A stretch of 64,000 nt of DNA, from the NCBI RefSeq assembly GCF_902459465.1, contig NC_047063.1, positions 13,392,001 to 13,456,000 of the forward strand. Reading direction: 5' to 3'. Every line of letters starts with the position of its first letter. Position 1 is the first letter of the stretch. Below are positions 55,601 to 64,000 of this stretch, piece after piece. The notes beneath the pieces were generated by a model. That model did not search any database, was not told the origin of the DNA, and worked only from the letters and a program-made list of their open reading frames with translations. The DNA comes from Asterias rubens (taxonomy: Eukaryota). A program made the translations under genes and the position numbers.

Positions 55601-58600
55601 CAGGATTTTCCCCATTGCTTCTTTCGTTTGCCGTATCTTGGTACCACTCATGGATCCGCTGGTGTCCAGAACGAAGACCACATTTTTACTAACTGGACGT
55701 AATCCAGCAGGGGAGAAGTGGTGCACGAAATAGCCGTTGACAATCTGTTTAAAAATAGCACGGTAAAACAAAACAAACTTTTACGTAAAGTTCAATATTA
55801 ATTTGTGTTAGATTGGGCCTAACTCTACAAGTTTTTTAAAGTTCTTTTGTTGTTGTTGTTTGTGCTGAACGTAACTGCGACTTTCAGATTAGCACAGGTT
55901 GAGTTGACCTAAGGAACAAAATTTGAAAAAGATAATAACTATGATTTTTATTATTTTTTATTTCAATATTTTCAGAAACAAACCTCAATTTTGCCAGCAT
56001 TTTCTCCATGGATGACGTCATATCTCACTATAAATTTACCCAGCACGCCATCGGATGCGAGGAGCTCTTGTTCCTCAGTGGTTGGGTGAAACTGCACGTG
56101 GACACGGTCACGTTGAAGTTGTTTCATCTCTGCCCATTGAGGGCGCACTATAACCTTCTCATAGTCTGTCGAGCTGGGCCGCTCCAAAAAGAAATCCATT
56201 TTACCTTCGTCGATGCCCTGAGGTTCTTCGATGTGAACGTTGACAATGAGATGCTTTACAAGCTGAAACCAATAATAACAAGATTATTACCATGGAGCTC
56301 GATGATGCCTACTCGGTCCTAGCTCGCCCTGTTTGGAGCCCAGGCAACGGCCCTAACTTGGTGCAGGGATAGCCTCAAATCCCGCAGAGCACGGCAAAGT
56401 ATGAAGTTACAGGTACGTTAATATGACTTTCTTGGGCATAAAACAAGAGCGTTGCCTTTTTATTTTTTTTATTTTTACACGCTGCACACTTAACCTTACA
56501 TTATTGAATGTACAGTGTAACTGTATAAATTCCAACTGTGTCATGATGGTGAAATACAACCTAGTTGAAGTCGTCGAAAAAGGTTTAAAGGCAGAGTATA
56601 CTTAAAGACCAGGATTCTCACTCGATGTATCCCAACACTTGCATAAGATAACAAACTTGTGAAAATTTGCGCTCAATCGGTCATCAAGAAAGTAAAGAAA
56701 GGAAAAAAACAAGAAAGTTGTTGTGCATAGAATGTTAATAGGATGTTTAAAAATCCTTTCTGTCGGCCTTGGAATATATGGTATCTTGGGATTTTACCTG
56801 GCGAGGTGAAATCGAAATGGCGTTTTCGAAATAGCCATTGTGGCGCTTTAGCAGCTCCTCGTAGGTCAGATTGAATGAAAGGGCGCCCTCGGCGGCAACG
56901 TTGATGGACACCGTAAAGTCATTCCTCTTTTCCGACCTATACCAAAATAGCCAAATAATAATAATTCAGTCAATTAGTGACGTGTATAGTTTTGTGCCTA
57001 CCCCAGAAGAAAGGTAATACATTATGTATACGCTCTCTATGCGGCGCCTTCTGGAAAAAAAGGAAAAAAAAAAAAAAAAAAAAAAAAAAAGGGAAACAGA
57101 TAAAGGTGCTCCAAAGGGAAAGTCTAAAGACCGGGATGCTCTACAAGAAAGTTTGTGTACAAAGTCTGAGGGGAAATCTTAAGTGCAGGCACAATGGAAA
57201 GAAACAAAATATGTCTCCACAGGGATGCATAATTTGAGAACAAGTGAGGAGGTATACACATTTAAACAATAGAGGACAATAGGGTTCACGGTTCACGGTT
57301 CAGGAAAGGTCCACAGTTGGAAAACGTGTCAAAACCAATAGGAGCCTTTGCAACAAAGTTAGAGTTTAAACACAAGAGGGACGAAGAGGTCCATGTGATT
57401 GCAGGCGTATACAATATTGTGTGTGTTTCTAAATGTATGACCAAGCTCTGTGGCAGACAGCTGAAATGTAGTATTAAAGTTAATGGAAACAATTCGCTAC
57501 TTGTACTCACGTCTGTGACACATGCCCAGTTGTCTGTCCCTGTTGCTTGGCTTGCTCGTAAGCCGCCTTCGCCTTCTCTTTCTCGTCAACCCTGGAACGG
57601 TACACTTTCCCCTCTGTCTCACTGTTGGATGAAAGTGGAAGACTGTTTATAACTTGGCCCATTATATATAATTATATCCAATATCTTTCTGGAACACACA
57701 AAAAATCACATGCGCATTTTTTATAATACATTTTCATCTCCTTGAATGTCCCTTTAAGTACTGAAGTTAGTTTCATGTCTTGAACTCACATCAGAAATCC
57801 CGAGATGAACGCCTCTTTAGGGAGCTCGATGTAAAAGTTGACCTCTTGACCCTGACTCGCTGGGTTGGTCACGTGACATGTCACAACTGTCTTGGCGAAG
57901 CGGGCTGTTATGGTTGACGTCACGCGCAGACCCCTCAATCTCAGAGCAGTGTCGGTGTCGGTTGAGCTTTTACCATCAGTGCCTTTGCCAGCAGTTTCAA
58001 CCTGATCAGAAAAAAACAACGTCAACACTTTTCTTGGAAAGGGCGAATTTTAAACAGTTCGTTTTAGTTGTTTGTAGTCATTTCTTAAGGTTTCATTTAG
58101 GTAACAACTGGTCTGGCCAAATTCACTATATTTTGTTGGTGGGCTAAAGATTCGAAATCTACAGTATAATTCTTAAAGACAGAGTATTTCGGTTTAGAAC
58201 ATTTCCGTTTAGGAATCGAATCTAGTGTTTTGATCCCATGTAAAAGTAGATACAGGAAGAATTGATCACTTTTTACTATGAAAACACAATCTAAGAAACT
58301 TTATTAACAGTAACGCTTGTCATGTTCATTATTGTAGGGCATACACACTGATTATTCTCACATAATCAAATAACTTTCGAAGTTTTTATTTTTTATTTTT
58401 TTTCCTTTAAAAGGCACTTCTTTATGACAGACACGTTTGGTAGTTGCCAATTCTATCAAGCCTGTGAGAAGTGGGTGATCAATTGGTTTTCGAAGTTGCA
58501 AGAAAATGACGAAAGAAGAACACCTTCGTTGTAAACTCCTTAGTGCGCTTTCAGGTAGAAATTAAAGGCTTCCGCTGGAGTCTTTTTAGTGACAAATTGG

Positions 58601-59801
58601 CCTTTTTCTAAAACAAAAACAACATTTCAACAGCTTTACATTGCCCGTTACAATGTATTTTTGTTTTGCTTACAATTATTTGGAATAATTTTTTATTATA
58701 AAAACTGTCCAGTGCCTCATCACGGACAGTTTTCACCATAGAGGTATAAAAGGACCCACCTTGTCCGCCTTGGGTGTTGGCCTCGTCCTGGTACCCATTG
58801 TGGTGTGTCTCTTGGTACCCAATGTGGTCCCCACCGTGCCCAGTGTGGTTGGGCTCATCGTGGGAATCAAACTGGGAGGCCTCCTCGTATCTCTTCTTTC
58901 ACGCTAATAACAATTTCAAAGAATAAAAAATGCTGCAGAGTTTAAATGCAATTTTTATCTGTCATATTATTATTAAGCCCTTTTCAAAAACACGACTTCG
59001 GCTTTTGGATTCGGCTTCAAGCTCCATGTACGCGTCTGGAGCCCTGAATGCCAACGCAAATCAAGCGCGATTTTTTTTTTCAAAACAACCGCGGGGCCAG
59101 GCTAGCCAGAGCCGAATCCAAAGCAGAAGTCGTGGTTTCGAAAAGGGCCTTATTTTCACGTTTTTACTTAATGTTTACACACTTTCTGAGACAAGCTTTA
59201 AATGCCAACGTTTTGCGTTAAAAAAACACACCTAAAACTATAAACATTCAGAACTACAGTATATAATGAACACATCATGTGGATTTAATCTCTAAGCATT
59301 GAGGCACTCATGAAACAACAGAAGATCTATTTTTCAGTACAGAGGCACATCGAATAAAGCACCCCACGTGAATGGTCATTTTTAACTAGTCCTTTCATGT
59401 AAATCATGTTCTACTTTTGCAATATATTTCCAACCAAATCCATGAAAAAAAAAAAACGCCTTTTATAGCCCAGAGCGTACAATCTGCACACAAAATGTCC
59501 CCTTACACTCCTATTTTTCCACCTAACAGATTCAATTGTTTACACCCACAGAAGCTCCACATGGATGAGGCTCACGCTCCGGTTCAGAATGAGCTTCTTT
59601 CAACAAACATACTCAACATTTGTCCCTCTACGTTTTGGTCAACAGTTCGAAAGTATTTACCGGGACAAACTCCTCCAATTCCTTCATGACCGCCAGGAAC
59701 GACGGGCTGCCGAGGGCCGCAGGGGCTGCTGAGGACCCGGTGATACTGTAGAGCAGCCCGGTGGCAATCACTGCCGTTAACAACGTCAGCATGGACGCCA
59801 T
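49182..59801 (-). CDS. ITIH: Inter-alpha-trypsin inhibitor heavy chain-like protein (signal peptide, VIT, vWA with MIDAS, P/T/R-rich linker, ITI-HC C-terminal domain), 1048 aa
   Basis: Coding exons: 59801-59661, 58903-58760, 58001-57790, 57621-57511, 56936-56798, 56262-55984, 55744-55459, 54733-54153, 53300-53069, 52765-52676, 52056-51946, 51323-51201, 50501-50337, 50097-49732, 49348-49182. All GT-AG, phases consistent, 3147 nt. Motifs [40 protein letters not shown]. The three linker exons are less certain than the domain exons. Confidence 0.88.
52579..52652. repeat. (TTA)n microsatellite in an ITIH intron
   Basis: Uninterrupted TTA run of about 24 units. Confidence 0.97.
53421..53799 (+). 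mobile_element. Kolobok-like MITE family A, near full-length (~380 bp)
   Basis: AGGCGGTGGACACTAT ... ATAGTGTCCACTGACT-TTAA. Confidence 0.85.
58976..59149. mobile_element. 174-bp Harbinger/Tourist-like MITE with TTA TSD in an ITIH intron
   Basis: TIRs of about 40 bp, AGCCCTTTTCAAAAACACGACTTC.. / ..GAAGTCGTGGTTTCGAAAAGGGCC; TTA on both sides. Confidence 0.8.
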
Positions 59802-60095
59802 GTTTCGTCTTGACCGGCACCTGGCAATAACAAATCCCGTTGACAGAAATTATTGGCTGTGGCTCCTCAGGTTTACAAAAATAACGGAAGTTGGACATCA
59901 GTGCAATTCGAGACAGGTTTTGGTAAGAATTTTATTCCACCTATAATATGCAACTTTCTAATTGCAGAAAACAAAAAGGAAATGGCCCGTCACACTTAAC
60001 GTTGTTGTAAAGTGTTTTTCTATGACACTGTTTTGAAAAGAAAACAAAAAGAAAACAGCTGATCAGCTGAAAAGTTCCATGCCTGTATACATACA

Positions 60096-60167
60096 CCGTG
60101 GTCCAGTGGTAATAACTGCGTGACTTGGAATTACAGGAATTACCAGATTGCGGGTTCGAACCCCCAA
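60096..60167 (+). mobile_element. tRNA-like SINE head fragment
   Basis: TGGTCCAGTGG (A box) and GGTTCGAACCC (B box) without a complete cloverleaf. Confidence 0.45.
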
Positions 60168-63056
60168 TCACAGTACACAGTACACACGGTGTGCAAACAC
60201 GTGCATTGTTTTTTCAGTAGACTTTCAAAAGTCTCCACACGTGTTATCTTTGCTGCACCAGCAAGCGCATTACACGCAAACATTATTGAGCCGTACCACT
60301 ATAAACGAAGCAAGGAATGAGGCAAGTTTATACATCTGTCGCTGCTGCTGCATGCATGCGCGATGCCAGCTAGGAAGACAACAAGCCGTAAATTGGGCCA
60401 GCTGCTGGACGGCAATTTTTATTGTTTAGGTGCCGGTGTTTCATGAACGACGTGTGAGGATCCGCGATAATAACAATTACAAAGGTAAACTTACATTGTC
60501 TGACTAGAGAAGAGGGATTAGAGAAATCCAAATGTATACATGTACCCCCAAAAACCTACCCCCCGAATTTTATAGCAAATTCACATCGAACTCGGAGACC
60601 ACAATTTTTAAAGGAAAAAAAAACCGGAATTCCGGTTTAAACCGGAAGATTCTCATGCCTGAACTAATGGTTTCATAACAATTATAATACGTATACCATA
60701 GCCAATGTTTGTATAATAATTATAAGAGAGATTGGCTGTTTGCCAGCTTGGAGTTTATACCCTGTGGAAGTTTGCCGAGTTCATTTGATGGGAAGTTCAT
60801 CTAAACAAACATCCTGAAAAAATTGTCTATAGTGGCAAGGAAATAGCAAAGTAAACTTGACCCCATTGTTTAAACCGAATGCAGAAATCCCCATATAAAT
60901 GTTCACAAACATTATTCACTTAAACATGAACAAAATCTGATAAAATGCTGACACTTTAATCAAAGAGCATTTCCTTGCTCTGGTTTTATGGATACAAATT
61001 AGTTAGTTATCACATTTCTTGTATTACGACAACTGCTCGTGTTAATGTGATTATATTGGACTCAATTGTTTACTATTTTGGGGTTCTCTGTTTCTTTCCC
61101 AACATACATTCAACGTCATTTAATTACTTAAAATTAATTTCTTCATGGTGTTGTTTTGATTCATAAATCGGGCGCGTGGTCATAATCATATGACGAATAA
61201 ATAGTTCGGTTGCTTTCACATGATTGATCCTCTAAGAATTCATCATCTAAAATCCAAAACCAGGGGCTGATATTTTTTTACAAGCAGACACAATTGATAT
61301 ATTATCGTGATGGATGATCATTGAACATAACTCCATTAATGAACTAGTATAGCAACAAAGAGTAGTCTTTGTTGTCTTTACTGGTTAACCGTTTGGAGGT
61401 TTAGCAAAATTTGTCACTAAATTTTGCTTAGAAGTGCCAAAATAGTCGTAGGCAGCAGAGTGTTTAAGTTTTGTGTGATCAACTGGTAATTGGTAGTGGA
61501 AAACAGACACGTTTTCAGCATGTAAACATTTTTCGTTAGTGTTGGTTGTAACAAACGTTTTCTCGAATATGACTTGACTTCAAGAACAATATTTGACAGA
61601 AAAATGTGTGATTTTCAAGACCGGTAAGCCTTTTTTAAAGACTAAAATTAAACAATGATGTTTAAAACTTCCGAATAAAGTATTCACCATACGAACTTAC
61701 ACATGAATTTTTGCACGGAGGCAACCCATGGTCATAGGAACATTTTGGTAACACACGAGTCCCTTTTAAAACAACGTTTTAAGTGCATGAACATATCTCT
61801 TTGATGATTTCTGGACCTGTAAATTGCCTTTAATTGTGTGACATGGCCCTAGCAAAAAGAAAAAAGACAAAAAAAGACAACAAATAACAAGCATACAATT
61901 AAAACCACCCCAATACACCATTAGACGATCAATCCAATAAATATAACTTACCTTTTTAATGCCGATGAGGTAGGAAGTAGATGCACGAACTCGTTGAGCA
62001 ATGTGTACTATCGAAATAATAATCTTGACACAAAACTAGACCCTGTCTCTTTGCTCCTTCACTGAGTGCCCCAGATGACCAGAGTGACTTAAACCAGAGA
62101 AATAGTTTCCTTTATATAACCCTTCTCTCTTCCTTGTACCACGTTTTCTTTTCCAAGTGGCGGCAAGGTGTCTGATCTTTCGATTGTGCCTGAAGAAAAC
62201 AAAACAAAAAAACTGATCAACAGCCCACTCAATCACCGGATTTTCCTAGAAACTTCCGCATCAAGCGACCATTCGTCCGTGGTGCCACACTGTTGTGCCA
62301 CCCCGTGTCAGTCAGCGTCTTCCCCCGTAGACTTTACTCGAGTCACTTCGCATCCTAAACGATCTTCTACTTGGTCAGTGTTGGCTGTAGGTGCCTTGAA
62401 AAAATACCACTCCATACACTTGGTAACCCTCTGCGCCTGCTGCATCGGTTTAACAGCAGCTGCTAGGTGAATTAGTGACCTACGCTCCTGCATAAGACGT
62501 GGTCTCCCGCCATTGTTTACTTCTGGATGTTGTTATTCTATAGCCGCTCGTGAAAATGATAACTTGGTGTCAGTTGATGTTTATCACAAATGAAATGTGT
62601 CTCTTGTAAACAGTTTTAGAAAAGAGGAATTTCAAACAATCGTTGTTCAAGGATACTGTGTTTATGAGTTTCAGATTGAACCCCCCCCAAAAAAAAAAAC
62701 CCAAAATGCATGGAGGTTACAGTATGTGTGGAAATGATGCAATATTTCCCAGAGCCAAGAATGTTGTCCTTGATTGAAGAGTTGGTGACGAATCTCTCCC
62801 AGTGTGTACTAGACTCCCTGTCTCATATGATTATTACCCCCACCCCACCCCCGTAGCTTGACCCATTATATCCGTACAAAAGGGTAATTGAAAAACCCTT
62901 CGTACCAGTCATCATAACTTTCTTCCACTATGTGCTTTTTTTTAAAGAGCCTCCATCCCAAACTTCACTGGAACTTTAAATAAACTTTAAAACAATAATT
63001 ATCCTGTGGCTAAGCTCTTTTTCCATATTTTTGTGATTGTGGACGTATATTCTTCT

Positions 63057-63427
63057 GGGAAGGTACATGTTTGGTAATTACTCAAAACAAATATTAACTT
63101 AAAAACTGACTCGGTAACAAGCATTGGAGAGCTGCTGATAGTCTATAACATTGTGAGAAACGGATCCCACTGAAGTAGCATAGATTTTGAAATAGAGGTA
63201 ATTTCTCACTAAAATAATAAAAGACTTCTAGATAGAAGTCTTTTATTCCCATCTGAAAGCACACAAATTCGTCCAAAAAGGGTGTTTTTTCTTTCATCAT
63301 TTTCTCCCAACTCCGATGACCAATTGAGCTCAAATTTTCACAGGTTTGTAATTTTATGCATATGTTGAGATACACCAAGTGAGAACACTGGTATTTGACA
63401 ATTACCAAAAGTGTACCTTCCCTTTAA
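63057..63427 (+). mobile_element. Kolobok-like MITE, subfamily related to family A
   Basis: GGGAAGGTACATGTTTGGTAATT ... AATTACCAAAAGTGTACCTTCCCT-TTAA; internal blocks shared with family A. Confidence 0.8.
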
Positions 63428-64000
63428 GTGTATTTCCTGTCTTTAAATGGGCGTTCTTGTAAGGAGCATGGTTTTCTTTTAAACTTTTTTATTTTGTATA
63501 GTGTTGATGCCTTTACTTCTTAAAAATGATACACCTTTTGCCTTGGGGCTGTGTTTTTCACTTTAGAGCAAACAGACAAATCTTTCTCCGGAAGACGATC
63601 AAAGACTATTGATCGAAACCAACGGTTCTTTTCTTTTAGAGATTATCATTACATCGTGTTACCGCAAAATATTACTTTATCGTATTTTAACCGTGCAGAG
63701 TTCCAAATCCTACTCAAGTGCAAACCTTTGCATGACATCAACATTATACTTGTGTCTTGGAGGCGTTTTTTTGTACACCGCAGCGAGGGGTTTTGTGCTG
63801 TAACACTGCCAATTTCTGTCTTGACACGCATATCACTTTTGAAAGTATATTTCAAAAAGGGAAAGAAAGTCCGATTGGGCGGGAATGCACGGTTGCATAG
63901 TTGCTTCTTAGAAAATGACGTCATAAACGCGTATTATGAAGAAGTCCATAGAAAAAGCAAGCTCGCGAGCTCCTTAACACTTGGAGACCTCACAACATAC

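Noticed and set aside
62168-62493. Overlapping short ORFs near a CpG-containing patch upstream of ITIH
   Set aside because: No recognisable domain, splice pattern or partner exons; could be a decayed element or part of a promoter, but not supportable.

Overview
AT-rich eukaryotic (animal) DNA with spliced genes. The repeat families and gene set suggest an invertebrate deuterostome, probably an echinoderm (inference; not verifiable without a search). Host genes: (i) three tandem + strand SLC16/monocarboxylate-transporter-like paralogues. Copy 1 lacks exon 1 in this window; copy 2 is complete (449 aa); copy 3 has a +1 frameshift in exon 2. (ii) One complete 15-coding-exon inter-alpha-trypsin inhibitor heavy chain (ITIH)-like gene on the - strand (1048 aa: signal peptide, VIT, vWA/MIDAS, low-complexity linker, C-terminal domain). 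Most of the remainder is mobile DNA: the 5' part of an L1, a full-length RTE with an 11-bp TSD, a 5'-truncated CR1/L2-group LINE with an open RT, Penelope-like fragments with hammerhead-like relics, THAP-bearing Kolobok-like elements, many MITEs and tRNA-derived SINEs, and a 2.4-kb G-rich minisatellite. The most unusual item is a decayed AcademX-type transposon ORF (transposase-like N-terminus plus XPG/FEN1 nuclease motifs) with an OTU cysteine-protease domain embedded in it. Also notable: the ITIH lacks the Asp-Pro-His autocleavage motif, all three transporters lack the canonical TM8 Asp/Arg pair and show mosaic (gene-conversion-like) sequence, and a possible spliced non-coding transcript lies at about 39.9-44.8 kb. 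All exon and TSD coordinates were read by eye; no database searches were run.
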